Assembly (NCBI RefSeq): GCF_037042905.1
Contig: NC_087245.1
Coordinates: 620,001 to 684,000, forward strand
DNA: 64,000 nt
Direction: 5' to 3'
Origin: Lytechinus pictus
Lineage: Eukaryota
In this document: positions 1-13,022 of the stretch, one piece after another
How the letters are laid out: each line of letters opens with the position of its first letter
How positions within the stretch are numbered: position 1 is the first letter of the stretch
Program-made: the position numbers and the translations under genes
Notes under the pieces: model-generated
Databases searched by the model: none
Seen by the model: only the letters and a program-made list of their open reading frames with translations
What the model was told of the DNA's origin: nothing

Positions 1-461
1 AGTCCCCTGTACAGATCGCACTAAAATATTAGGTCTCTGTATATGGTGAGTGGAGCCAACGAGTAGTAGTTCAGCGGAACAACAATGCAACATGATAAAA
101 AAAAGTCATTAACAGAGACCGAAGCTTTTGGTCTAGATACATACTGCCACACGCGATAGACTAACCCAGAGAACTCCCGCCCGCGCAGCGGGCGGGAGCC
201 CAGAAGCTTACCGTGTATTTTACCGTTGTCACCGGACTAGGGTGATTTATGGTCTAAATATTTCTCCAAATGAATTGTGAAAACAGAAAGTATACAATTA
301 CCACGATTATATGGATGAAGGTCTAACGAGTGGCAGATTCCTGACATCTGGGCACAGTCTGGAACCTCAAAAAAACGAAAAGTTCTCTCCTTCTACCCCG
401 TCTCGATCGGCCATTTTTGTTAAAAATCGTAACAAAATGGCCGATCGAGACTGGGTAGAAG

Positions 462-1902
462 CACTCATCCTACGAACGAGGTTATATTATAATTAATAAT
501 ATAACCTCGTTCTCGTGTGTATACACTAGCATGGCCAAAAAAAGCATCGACTATTTTCCTCCTCTTCCCTCACCCAAACATCATGACCTTATCGAACTAG
601 ATCAAGTGTGATACTTGACATAAATTTATATAACAAATATGATCTAATTGCTGAAAATAATATGAAAAATGACTTAAAACTCACCGATTTTTCCACCTCC
701 GGTGACCGTCACTACTCTTGGTTCATTCAATGGTGTTTGACCGTGACAAATCGAAAAAGAAAAAAATATCACGAAGCCATAGAGGTCCATCCACCCGGAT
801 GGATGAAACACTACTCGTGATGCATTCTGGTAAACATGTCTCGATAGCCTCGACAGATTGGCAATTTTGTTTCGTCTAGATAAACATGTTTAAAGAATAA
901 AAAAGTCCAAAAACTCCAAATGGCTATTTTGGGGGGCTTATCTATAATATTTCTAGTACTGTATCCAGAGCATCATTTGTCTGTTTTCCTCTTCCCTTAC
1001 CCTTTCTTTCTTTTTTCTTTTGAGCGTAAATTAATTCTTTTGATTTTTTATTTCTTACTTTTTTCTCAGTCTTTGTTCTTTGTTTTTTTTTTCTTTATTT
1101 TTTAAGGGGAACTCTCCCCTCCTCCTGAAATTTAAGGGGTATTGAATGTGTAACCCCCCCCCCTCCGCCGCCTGTGACAACAATAATTCTTGTGTAAAAA
1201 AAAATAGTGAACAAAATATTGAGTGTCAGGCAGTGGCGTACCCAGGATTTTCCAAAGGGGGGGGGGGGGCAAATTCGTCCGCCAAAAAATTTGAAAAAAA
1301 AAAAAAAAAAAAAAAAGCTGGGTCTTCAAGTTCAAAAGAGGGGGCCACTTGTGGCTCGTCACAGGGATCAGTTGTGACTCGTCAGGGGGGCAGGGGTACG
1401 TCCCTTGCATGAGTTGTGACTCGTCAGGGGGTGCAGTGTGCCCTCCCTGCCCCTTAGGTACGTTAGTGGTGTCAGGTGAGAAAAAGACTACAGTCCCCGG
1501 ATCGCGGAGCTTCCTATTATTATGCTTCACCGGAAACAGGTAGGAGCTTATTGTAACCAGCTCTGTGGTTGCCACTGTTCAGTGGCTAGCTTTCTTTTAT
1601 TCAGCACAAGAGGGCGTGCTGAAATACTTACGTAGGAGACTATGGACCAGACGAGAATAAGGAAAATTTTCCTTATGATTTTACCCGATTTAGAAAGAAA
1701 TCTTCAATTGAAGGACGATATTTGACTCATTGGGCATTGGAATCCTGTTTAAGTAGAACCAAAATCAACACAAGAATTGGTAAGTCAGACTCTTTTACTT
1801 CGCGCGTTCCTACATAGAAATGACAGTGTTAGCGGCACTGGTCTCAGATCAGTCCCACCCCGTACATTTTTCTGTATGGCGAATGGTCGGGGTGAACCAG
1901 TG
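462..1902. mobile_element. CACTC-ended hairpin element (divergent member) inserted in the TAACCC MITE
   Basis: Starts CACTC, ends CAGTG; GGTAGAAG duplicated at 454-461 and 1903-1910; the uninterrupted site is visible in MITE copy 2 (~43930-43950); subterminal hairpin GAACGAGGTTA...TAACCTCGTTC. Confidence 0.65.
1231..1468. mobile_element. hAT-type MITE
   Basis: CAGTGGCGTACC...GGTACGTTAGTG imperfect TIR; 8-bp TSD GTGTCAGG at 1223-1230 and 1469-1476. Confidence 0.8.
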
Positions 1903-2134
1903 GGTAGAAGGAGAGAACTTTTCGTTTTTTTGAGGTTCCAGACTGTGCCCAGATGTCAGGAATCTGCCACTCGTTAGACCTTCATCCATATAATCGTGGT
2001 AATTGTATACTTTCCGTTTTCACAATTCATTTGGAGAAATATTTAGACCATAAATCAGCCTAGTCCGGTGACAATGGTAAAATACACGGTAAGCTTCTGG
2101 GCTCCCGCCCGAGTTCTCTGGGTTAGCGATAGAC

Positions 2135-2313
2135 CTTCATCCATATACAATGTAATCGTGGTAAGTGCATAATTTCTGTTTTCACAATTTTCTTTCCAAG
2201 TTATTGTGACCACAATCTACCCTAGTGACTAGTCCCGTGAGTAACTATGAGTAAATGCACGGTGAGCTCCTGCCCGCTTCCTTCGCGGGCCGGAGCTCCC
2301 TGGCCCTGGGTTA
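2135..2313. mobile_element. Right arm of an older, diverged TAACCC-family element that hosts copy 1
   Basis: Diverged direct match to 1975-2125, ending CTGGGTTA; joining 141-161 to 2135 rebuilds the family motif CTGCCAC..TAGACCTTCATCCATA. Confidence 0.7.
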
Positions 2314-2464
2314 ACTAGTGAGACAGCGAGAGAACGCACTCGCAGATCGAGAAATATCTGAATTTCCAAAGTAAAACATCAAAAATACCAAATCACCTTA
2401 TATCACCAGTTTCAACAATTTAATAATACTACAATTTACAAAATGAAATAAATGAATATCTCAC

Positions 2465-2530
2465 CTGCTGCAATTGAGCCTTGTAGGTAGCCAAATTAAG
2501 AGCGTATTCATCACTGTTACTAGTCGCCAT
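2465..2530 (-). CDS. SMNDC1: First coding exon of a survival-of-motor-neuron-related splicing factor 30 (SPF30)-like gene; the rest lies left of the window
   Basis: Minus strand AAAATGGCG start encodes MATSNSDEYALNLATYKAQLQQ, then a CAG|GTGAG donor (phase 0); resembles the recalled SMNDC1 N-terminus LASYKAQLQQVEAAL. Confidence 0.75.
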
Positions 2531-2866
2531 TTTAAATACAGTATGGTATCGTCTAGATAAACAAATTCACAGCCACAATGAAATAAACGAAAATAGGGGA
2601 GTTACCGGTTACCGCGCTTAACTTACCTCGGACCCACCCCCCCCCCCCCCGAACTAATCGAAACCTACATTTTCGTGATCCCTATACGCCCTACTAAAAC
2701 AATTAAGATGTTAACAGGAACAAAAAGTGATTGTTCTATGAGAAATTAAAGGGGGCATTCATATTTCATATTTTTTTCAATTGGGGCCCCTTTTTAGCAC
2801 CCCATGTCATTGACTATCTACCCCATAGGACGGTGTGTCCCTTCGCTCTCCTACGGGTGATGCTTT

Positions 2867-3069
2867 TCAATGCAGTAGAGGGAGACCCACATCTCGTCTG
2901 AATTGGTCCCTCCATCTTGAAGGGGGACGTCCTGGTGGTCTCCCCTTGTCAAAGTCATTTCTGTATGCCTGAACTGGAAAGCGGTTTTGTGACATACGGC
3001 ATATGTGCCCAAACCACCTCAGGCGTTTTTTTTGTAGCTTCCTCGCATATTGTGTTTTTGATATGTAAT
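2867..3069 (-). mobile_element. RTE-like non-LTR retrotransposon fragment (3' part)
   Basis: RLRWFGHICRM...GRPPGRPPSRWRD motif typical of the RTE-clade C-terminus; collinear with 12773-13022. Confidence 0.8.
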
Positions 3070-3300
3070 CAGGGCCGTCGCTAAAGGGGGGGGGTGTGGG
3101 GTGCAACACATCCCCCCCCCCCCCACTACTCTGGATATCGTCGGTAAATCTGCGCGCCCGTCGGGAAAAAATGAAAGAAAGGAGGAGAGAGGGAAAAAAG
3201 AAGGAAGGGAAAAAGAAGGAAGAAAAAAAAAGAAAGGAGATAAAGAGAAAAAGAGAAAGAAGGAAAGAGAAAAAGAAAAGCAGGGGCTGTTTGACCGACG

Positions 3301-4457
3301 CACAGTGGGCCAGAATGAGTTGAAAGTGCGCCAAAATTATTTTCCGTGTTATATTTTTACTTTAACATGTTGATTAAGGATAATTTTGGGCGTAGAATCG
3401 ACTGAACCTAATTTAAAGCCCTTATGACGTCACTTTGATACCAAATTTTGATTGGCTATAAACCTATCTGTAAAAAGACAAATTACGCTAAACAGTGTGC
3501 AGTACATAAATGTTGGTTTGTGCTTCTCACATGCTTAAAAAGTGTGTATGAGATCCTGAAAATAATTTTATGGCATCAAAATGATAATTAGATTAAAAAA
3601 TACTTAAAATTCTAGAAAATATTAACCGTGCTTTATCAAGCTGTGTAGACTTGGGTAAAACGCAGAGTATATAATACCACGAATGTTTTACTATGAGGAG
3701 GGTTTTTGGCTGAAATTATTCTACAAGTAACTTTTATCTCTGGAAGAGGGCTGGGTAGCCCTTATATGCGTTATCAACCTTCATTTTGTTTACATTATGC
3801 CCGGAATTTCATGGAATGGAAAGGTAATCGTCCCCGTCGTGCAAAATTGCAAAAATGAACGGCAATGTACACCCCACACGGTGCGCTGCGATGTATAAAA
3901 ATTACCGTTAGTGAACAGGTTTTGGCGGTGATGCCCATGTCTCAAGTAAAATCGGCTCTAACATGAAAACGGGCAAAAACGGGCAGCTAAATTTGGTATC
4001 GACTTAAAGCTTAGACATCGGGCGAAATCATCATAATAGAATTTAAACGGAAATTCCCGAATCTCCAAACGTTTCTCATGTAAATGCAAAAAACATGGAT
4101 TATCAGCCTATTTCGAGGAATAATTATCCTATAAACCTCCTGAAATGTGCCTTTTATCTACTTTGAACCCTTTCACATGAAAAAAAAAGAATATATCAGG
4201 ATTATGTGGGAGCCATTTCAGATTCCTACATGAAAAACCTCCTGTGAAATAGCTTGTTTTTCAACTAAGTTGTCATATACGCGGCATTTCGCAAAATGTC
4301 ACATTTTACGATTTGGGGTAGGAAATTAACAACCTTTATGCAAATTCCCGAATGAAATATTTTGCTGAAGTATCCTTCAAAGTGTCGTCTTTCAGCTGGG
4401 CTTGACATAAATTAAAAATCTGAAATTGCCCAGAATGACTTTTGGCGCATTTTTGTG
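3301..4457. mobile_element. Non-autonomous Transib-like element
   Basis: Begins CACAGTG, ends TGTG with an internally deleted right TIR (TTTTGGCGCA match); 5-bp GC-rich TSD CGACG at 3296-3300 and 4458-4462; empty site in the host copy at ~27365-27392 (minus). Confidence 0.75.
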
Positions 4458-4500
4458 CGACGCCTGTAGGAAAATGTCGGGTCACCTACGGCTGTTCCAA

Positions 4501-5837
4501 CCCAGAAGGAAAAACCAGATCCACTGGACCAGTTAGACCAGTAGAATTTTAACTGGTAACTCTGGAAATTGGAACATCGATTTACTGGTCTAACTGGTCA
4601 TACTGTTATTACTGGTCCAGTTAAAATTTTACTGGTCCAGTTAAAAATGAAACTGGTCTTGAATTACTGGAATTTTATACTGGTCTTGTTTCTGGTGGTT
4701 GTTACTGGTCTCACTGGTCTTCATACTGGTATCCAATTTAAGCTGGTCTTTACTTGTATTTTCTACTGGTCTGACTGGTCCTCGAACTGGTCGAACTGGT
4801 CCTCGTACTGGTCTTACTGGATCAATTTATTACATGCATTTGGGTTGTTATATACCATGGTCAGTGAAATGTGATGGAAAAGATGGTTAGTAAATTAATC
4901 TTTCTGCTGTTATTTTAAATGTGATATATGAAATTACACATTTTCATTGTGAATTAGTTCACACACTTATTTAGAAAGTTTTTAAACAACAATGAGTGCC
5001 ATTTCAAGGATATTCCATTCTAAATCCTGATTTTTCTTTTAAAAACAGGAAATATGCAAATGAGGTAAACCACGTGATCAGCATCATCAGAATTACTGGT
5101 ATTACTGGTCTTGACCAGTTCAATTTCAAACAATGAATTACTTTAGACCAGTTGACTATATCAGAGGAATATATCTTGCTCTTCATCATAATTAAAGGAA
5201 ATAATTATTTTAATGATGATGTTAATACTTGATAATTGTGATATTAATAATAAAAATTACAATATCAATAACAATGATAACAGTAATAAGAATGATAACA
5301 ACAATGATCATAATAATCATAAAATTAATAATTATGATAATTATAAGAAGAATGATGATAACAATCGATAACGATGATAACTTTTTCTGAATTGCGAGAT
5401 TCATTTTCCATAATTCGTCAAATGATCTGACTTGAAATAAAGTCATTTATTGGACCAGTAACACCAGTTTGATGAAAAAAAAATTAACTGGTATTACTAC
5501 TTTGCTTCAACTGGAATGCAATTGTTTGAACTGGTCTCCAGTTGATTTTTACTGGTCCAGTTAAAAATCAACTGCTCCAGTAAACATATACTGGAAACCA
5601 GTAAAAATCTACTGGAAACCATTTATTTGACCAGTAACACCAGTTTGATGAAAAACAATTTAACTGGTATTACTAATTGCTTCAACTGGAATGCAATTGT
5701 TGGAACTGGTCTCCAGTTGATTTTTTACTGGTCCAGTTAAAAATCAACTGGCCCAGTAAAAATATACTGGAAACCAGTAAAATTCTACTGGAAACCAGTA
5801 AAAATTCTTACTGGTCTTACTAGTTTTACCTTCTGGG
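4501..5837. mobile_element. EnSpm/CACTA-like non-autonomous element
   Basis: CCCAGAAGG...CCTTCTGGG termini, 2-bp TSD AA, many subterminal ACTGG/CCAGT repeats, ~177-bp internal tandem duplication, AAT-rich core. Confidence 0.75.
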
Positions 5838-8063
5838 AACGACAGTGATTAAAATTTACCGAATTTCGGTCTTAATCGCCTAAAAAGTGAACACGCGCTT
5901 TGTACTGACAGTGATCAAAATGTCCCGGTTGTCGGTCTACATTGCCAAAAAAAATTCAGCCCGCGCTTCGCGCTCGCATTATTCATTTTGTATGGTCGAC
6001 ACCTATCACAAAAATTATAAACTGCATGTCAGGTCACGCTGGAATTTTCCAAATGCCTCATGTGCCGACAAAGATTAGAATGTAAATGTCGGGTCATCCA
6101 GGGCTGATCCCAAGGGCTTCATCTACCGACAGTTATTAGAATGTCCCGATTATTTATAGGTCTAAATCACCCAAACTTTTCAGCTCGCGCTTCGGGATCG
6201 CATTATTCATTTAGTAAGGTCGACACCTGTCATAAAAATATAAACTGTCGGGTCACGCTGGAATTTTCCAACTGCCTCATGTATCGACAGTGATTAGAAT
6301 GTGAATTTCGGGTCATCCAGGGCTGTTCTAAGGGCTTCATCTATCGACAGTGATTAGATGTCCCGATTTTATAGTATACATCGCCTAAAAAGTCACGCGC
6401 GCTTTTACCGACAGTGATTAAAATAACCCGGTTGTAGTTCTAAATCGCAAAAAAAAATCGGCTCGCATTTCGCATCATTCATTAAGTGAGATCCATACAG
6501 TGTTGTAGTCAAGGCATAAACCTCCAAGGCCAAGGCTTTAATACCAATGGCCAAGGCTTCAATACCCAAGGCTGAGGCCAAGGCATGGAAACCCAAGGCC
6601 AAGGCCAAGGCCTGAAAACCTCAAGGCCAAGGCATTTCAAACTTTAATAGGTGAGAACGAGCGAACTGAGCGAGCAAAAATTTTGACTTTTGTACATGAA
6701 AAACAAAAATAATTTCATGGTAGATTTATACATTATATTAAAATAATAATATAGTTACCTTTGTTCATATAATTATTATCATTATGTTATTATTAAATTA
6801 TTATTATAATTTATTATTTTTTATGTGATTTACATTGCAATAATTATTATTACCACGGTCATCTGATCCTGGCATGCCCGTTCTCAATGTATGTCTTTCT
6901 CCACTCCCTGGGACAGGGGCGGCAGAACGTATTTTTTTTTTTTTGAGGGGGTCAAAACCAACAAGGTTACTTACATGTATATGTCAAAATTGGCCTTTCG
7001 GTGCAAACAGATGTTTTCAAAATGAGATTATCAACTACGTGAAGTAGTTGTGTATTTTGTGAAATTAGGTTGACCAAAGCCTTTTTAGTGATTTCTCATT
7101 GATAAGACAGATATTTTGATTTAGTGGTTTTTAAAAAATTCAATTTTGAAGTTGAAAAACTTGATGCTTGGTCAATTACAGGGCTAATCACTTTTAAAAG
7201 GGCATCCTTGCGAGATGTTGCCAGCGCGAATCATAAGCAAAAATTTTTTGACATTGAGACATGAAAATTAAATATTCCGGGCTGTTTTTGTAATCATGAA
7301 AAAGATGTGCATCTTACTAAGAATTAAGCGCGAGCTGAAATTTTTAATATACTGACAGGTCTGCATAGTAAGCTGTTAAGGACTGCATTTAGCATGTTTA
7401 GTGACTCATAAATATGATACATAACTCACCGATCAAATAATGCGAGCGCAGAGCGCGAGCTCAAAAATTTGTGATATTCTAACCTGAAAATTGGACATTC
7501 TAAACATTTTTTTTTGTAAACAGGAACATATTGAGTACCTTACATGTACCTAACAATAATTGATGCAAGTGCAGAACGCGAACCAAAAATTTGTGATATT
7601 CTAACCTGAAAATTCTAAACATTTTTGTAACCATGAATAGGATTAATACTGTACTAAACAATAAATGATGCAAGCGCGATCCAAAATTTTTCGATTTTCG
7701 AACCTAAAATGTATTATAATTTACTATTAAAAAAAAAGGTATTTTATTTTAAAAGGGCACATTTCATTTGGAAAAAAAGAGCATTTTTGATTTTGGAAAA
7801 GGGGCATTTTTCCTACAAGGATTTTTTCGGGGGGGGGGGGGCAAGAGAGCACAAGTTGAAATTTTCAAATGCTGACCTAAAAATGAGTCACTTTTAGGAC
7901 TCGTGTCCGTTTTCATGTTTTTTTCCTGCTCACAACCCCTTTTAAATTTCAATTTTCATTTCTTGTATCTTCTACACTTATTTTACCTAAAAAACCGGAA
8001 TAAAGAATACTAAGAAAATAATGTTATATTCCCTCTTTCTCACCTCTTTACAAATATCAGAAC

Positions 8064-9232
8064 TAGTGGCGTAACAGGTGGGGGGCAGGGGGGGCAAGTT
8101 GCCCCCCCTGGCGGATTTCACCGGGAAAATAAAATAAAAACGGGAAAAAGAAAAAAAAGGAGGGAGAAAGAAAGGGAAAGGGGAAGGAAAGGGGAAAAGG
8201 AAAGGGGGAAAGGGAAAGGTAAAGGGAAAAGTGAAAAGCCGGAAACGAAGAAAAAACTTTTTTTAATGGAAAAGGAAGGAAAGCGGGAAAAAAATCTGAA
8301 AAAGAACAAATCATTCCGAAATACGCCTATGTAATGCAGTAGCACGGTGGGAAATAAATTAAAAGATGTCAAAATGGCAAACAATAGTGGGAAACGAATA
8401 TAATGGAAAAATCTATCACATAATTAGAATTTAATTTCAATGGGCAATTTTTTCCATCTCACATTGCTATGTTTTGCCCCTCAAAATATTTGGTTCAATA
8501 CGCAACTGGGTTAAATAAATGTGCTGTGTAAAAGCTATATGTATATGCCCGCGATTTGATTAAAATAGCGGCAATCTGCGAGGTTTTAATGGCTTTGATA
8601 TCAAGAAGTTCCGGGGGCTCCGCCCCGGACCACAACCACACAGCACTGCGTATGGAAGGGTTGGGCCATGGCCCTAAAAAGTTCTACAGACAAGAACAAA
8701 AAAAAAGGAGGAAAGAAAAGCAAAGGAAAAGTGTAGGATATGATTTAATTTACTGAACATATAATGTCAAGAAATAGCTCAAAGTTAGATTCTCATGAAA
8801 AGATGATTTTTTTCTCGCTCGCTCGGGACATATACAAAGCAGCTTTTTAGCACATGTGCTATACTGCGCCCCTCACATTTTTTTTTGTTACTCTTCACGC
8901 TACTGCCGCAAAGAATCCTGTTCACAGTGGCGTATAGACCATAAAAAGGAATCTAAAGAGAGAAGAGTAAAATATATTATTATCTGGATATCATGTCAAA
9001 ATCTATCACAAAATTGGATTTTGGTATTAAAAAGGTCAAAATTTTTGCTCGCTCGCTTCGCTTGCTCGCAGCTTTTTTTAAAGATAAATTTTCCCCGATA
9101 GTCCTACACAATATCTGGCCTTCTCAAATAGTCGCCTCATTACACCATTACGCCTGTTCATACCATGATATGACCAGGAAATTTTTGGCTCTTGCCCCCC
9201 CCCCCTGGCCACTGACCCCTGTTACGCCGCTG
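8064..9232. mobile_element. hAT-type element nested in 6498-10438
   Basis: TAGTGGCGTAACAGG / CCTGTTACGCCGCTG; 8-bp TSD ATCAGAAC at 8056-8063 and 9233-9240. Confidence 0.85.
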
Positions 9233-9317
9233 ATCAGAACCCCCTCTCCCCCCCCCCCCCCTCAAAAAAGAGAGAGAAGTTCCTCTACCAAGAATACACT
9301 TAGAAAAGGAAAGGTAA

Positions 9318-9582
9318 CCGGTGTGTTGGCTCAATTGGTAGAGCGTCCGTCTCACAACCGGGAGGTCGGGGGTTCAAACCCCGGCCGTGTCAGACCAAAA
9401 GACGTTTAAAGATGGGAGTTGCTACTACCCTGACTACCCTGTTTGGCGTTCAATAATTAAAGGGATAGAGCCTCGTCGATCTGGCGCTGCACAGCGGCTG
9501 CCGGGCCCACGACCAATTGGGCAAAACAAATTTTAGGAGTATTTCATCTCTGGTGTCTATTTCGAACAATAAAATATGGATT
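9318..9582 (+). mobile_element. tRNA-derived SINE
   Basis: A box TGGCTCAATTGG and B box GGTTCAAACC followed by a ~190-bp non-tRNA body; flanked by a degenerate AAGGAA(A)G(G)TAA repeat. Confidence 0.7.
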
Positions 9583-12500
9583 AAGGAAGTAAATGTGATA
9601 TTATTTTCTTAACATATTGTCACAATCTATCACATAAAAATAAGCTTTTCTTATAGTAAGAGGGTGAAAATTTTGCTCGCTCGCTCACTTCAATAATTGC
9701 TTTCAACTTTTGTTGGCAGAAATGTTGCTCTATATATATGCCATGCTTGGCCCCTCAAAACTTTTGGTTCATCATGCCATTGACATAACCCATTTGGATA
9801 TGACAAAATTGAAGATTGTGTTCAAGTTTACCAAATCTTTTCAGAATATCATTAATACTTAAAACATTCTTCTTGGCCAAAGGAAATAATACAATGAAAG
9901 TCCTTGTTATTATTCTTTATGAAAATTGTTGTCGAAATTAGCTGTCAGATCTGTCAGAATTATTCCTGTCATCAAATCACTGTAATCTTTATCATAATGA
10001 TTATTACTATCATTATAATCATTAGTCATGATTACAACACGTTACCAATAAATAATGCTATTTTTCATCATTACTGTTTTCTTTGTCACATACATGAATA
10101 ATTATGATGATAATTCTTGATGATGGTGATAATCACAATTTATGGCACTGCTAGTACACTTACTACTGCTGACTGGAAGTAGTGCCATTGAATATACAGA
10201 ACAATTACTAATAATAACATAATAACATTTATAATTACTTATTTAAAAACAAATGAAAGTACAAAAAATAAAATGCCTTGAAAAAGTCTTGAAAATGCCT
10301 TGAAATTTCAAGGCTCAAAATCCTCAAGGCCAAGGCCCTCTCAAGGCCAAGGCTTGAATGTTCAAGGCCAAGGCTTTGAAAAAGTAGGCCTTAAGGCGCC
10401 TTAAGGCCAAGGCCGAGCATCAAGGCACTACAACACTGGATCCATACCGTCTTCACAATATTCTTACGTCTTGGACAGCGCTTAAAAGGTTCCCTATAGT
10501 ATAGAGGGTCAGTATGATAATAAAAAACAGCTTGCGCTTTGCGCTCGTAATTTATTGAGATAGGCCTACATAGTTATATCTTGATCTTTATGAAAAACAT
10601 CCTTCTTAGAATGTCCACTTGTCAGGTCTCAATTTAGACAATTTCAGCTCGCATTGTTCCATTGGACATCCAATGTCTTTTATTTGGCTTAGTAATCCAT
10701 TTTTCATATCGGAAAAAAAAAATCAGCTCACGGTTCGCGCTTGCATCATATAGTAATATATTTTTTGTGAAAAATGTCCATCCTGTTCAAGGTTATATCG
10801 CTTCAAATGTCTTCTTTGTTTTTTAGGTCTAAATCTACATTAAAAGCTAAGCTGGCGCTTCGCGCTCGCATAGTGAGATCCATATATCCTCTCCACATTT
10901 TTCCTTCATGTTGGACAGTGCTTAAATTCTCCCTCAGAATATCGAAAATTTCGGCTCGCGCTTCGCGCTCGCATTAAGATATACCGATTGTTAAATTGCA
11001 AATGCCGCACTTGAGTTTGTTCTTTTTTTTTATAAAAAAGGTGTAAAACTATTAAGTTTTAAGTCAAAATTTTAATTTTTATAAAGTCAAAATATCAAAA
11101 GATGTCAGCTCGTGCTTAACCGACAGTGATAAAAATGGTCCGGTTTAAAGTCTAAGTCTAAAAAATTTTCAGCCTGCACTTCGCACTCTTATCATATATT
11201 CAGTGAGATCAGTATTCTCTCCACAGTTTTCGTTCATGTTGGACAGTGCTTAAAATTTCACTTTCAGGTCAGTACTATACCGAAAATGTCGACTCGCGCT
11301 TCACGCTCGCGTTATGTTTTTTAAGGTACACAGCTTGTTCAATTACAGATGCAGGAACTAAGTTTGTTGAAAAGAAAAAACGTGTAAAAATTTTTAGTTT
11401 TCAAGTTAAAATGTCCAAAATTTTCTTCTCGCGCTTCGCGCTCGCTCTATTTGCTTAGTGAAAAATGTATCATGACTGCAAACGGTTAATAAACATGTCC
11501 TTTTTCAGAACAGTTAATTGAAAATATCAGCTCTCGCTTGCATGAATTGTTATACGCATATTATTCGTGCAAATGTGCTCTGAGAATGCAGTTTTCTGGT
11601 CGGATATCAACATTTTTAGCTTGCGTTTCGAGCTCGCATTATATGTTTTTTTTTAGATACACAGCTTAATTGTTCAATTATAGATGCAGAAACTAAGTTT
11701 GTTTTAATGTAAAAACGTGTAAAATGTTTAGTTATGATATCAAAAATTTTTAGTTCGCCCTCGCTCTATTTGATTAGTAAGATATGTATTCTATCAATGA
11801 GTCACTGCAAACGGTTAATTAATATGTCCTTTACCAGATCAGTTATTTAAGGGTATCGGATAACGATCACATGAATTGTAATATACGCACACCATTCATG
11901 CAAAAAGTGCTTAGAATGTCACGTTTTCTGGTCGGAAATCAAAATTTTCAGCTCGCGCTTCGCGCTCGCATCAATTGTTTGGTTATTATATCCATCCTTT
12001 TCATGGTTACACTCGCTCCATTTGATTAGTAAGAAATTTATTCTATTAATGATTCACTGCAAACAGTTAATCAACATGTTCTTTTTCAGAACACTTATAA
12101 TTAAAAGTTTTAGCACGCGTTAGCATGAATTGTCTAATTATATACACATTAGTCTTCAAAAAATTGCTTAGAATGTCCAGTTTTCTGGTCAAAATCACAA
12201 TTTTCAGCTCGCGCTTCGCGCTTGCAACGATTGTTTGGTTAATGTATCTATCCTCTTCATGGTTACAATCGAGTTTCAGGTAAATATATGACATTTTTCA
12301 GCTAGCGCTTCGCGCTCGCATTTTTGGATAGGTGAAAATTTTATTATATCACGGTTCACTGCGAATAGTCTTTAACTAATCTTTTGCTGGCCAGTATATT
12401 AAAAATTTCAGCTCGCAATTTGCGCTCACATTGATCGTTTAGTTAGATAACTCTAGTTTATGATAACAAAAGTGGTCAAAATTATCAATTTTTAAGGTCT

Positions 12501-12772
12501 AGATATATAAACCATCAAAAAAATTTAGCTCGCGCTATGCGCTTGCATTGTAACTTACAGATTTTGGCGGCCGCGACGTTGAAATGCGGATGAAAATATT
12601 TTCGCCCCCCCATTTATGAAAACTGCTCCTTGGCGTGACGAAAGAAAATGTGACTAAAGAGAACAAGAACAAGATTTATGGTCGCGGGACATACCTGGTA
12701 ATCGGTATTGATATTTGTCGGTAATCAGGGCCTCCACACCCCCCTACTGGAAAAGGCCAAGCGACGTCCCTG

Positions 12773-13022
12773 TATCTCCTCCTGATGTCCGCATTCCTGA
12801 CTTTGTCCAATAAATGTACACCTAACATGGTGCGAAGGCCACTTTCCGCAGGGTCCATGTTTCTGCACCATATAATACAATAGGAAGAATGAGGGATTTG
12901 TAGATCCTGATCTTCAGTGACCTTGGGATGTTTTGGTTGGTGTTGCTTTTTAGCCTCCCAAATGCCCAGGATATGCGACGTTTTACGTCATTCTCCACCG
13001 AGGGGACTACATAACTTTCCAC
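12773..13022 (-). mobile_element. RTE-like non-LTR retrotransposon fragment (upstream part)
   Basis: KIRIYKSLILPIVLYGAETWTL and LRTMLGVHLLDKVRNADIRRR motifs, frameshifted. Confidence 0.8.

Larger units (their letters stand above)
162..2125. mobile_element. Palindromic TAACCC...GGGTTA MITE (copy 1), 9-bp TSD; MULE- or Academ-like, unclassified; carries an insertion at 462-1902
   Basis: Long inverted arms (162-~420 vs ~430-461 plus 1903-2125); GCGATAGAC duplicated at 153-161 and 2126-2134. Confidence 0.85.
6498..10438. mobile_element. hAT-type non-autonomous element with (CCAAGG)n subterminal repeats
   Basis: TIR CAGTGTTGTAGT / ACTACAACACTG; 8-bp TSD GATCCATA at 6490-6497 and 10439-10446. Confidence 0.85.
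3070..12772. mobile_element. Large non-autonomous hAT-like element (9.7 kb including nested inserts) splitting the RTE fragment
   Basis: TIR CAGGGCCGTCGCT / AGCGACGTCCCTG; the LINE reading frame resumes across it; the TSD (TATGTAAT) is only partly retained on the right; a second copy lies at 25333-27772. Confidence 0.75.

Noticed and set aside
4501..6480. CRISPR-like or coding repeat array
   Set aside because: Irregular subterminal and minisatellite repeats of transposons; no constant repeat-spacer structure; eukaryotic context
9318..9392. Additional tRNA genes (also ~27195-27269, 30192-30265, 32814-32880)
   Set aside because: Acceptor or anticodon stems are defective and the heads run into repeat bodies; these are SINE heads
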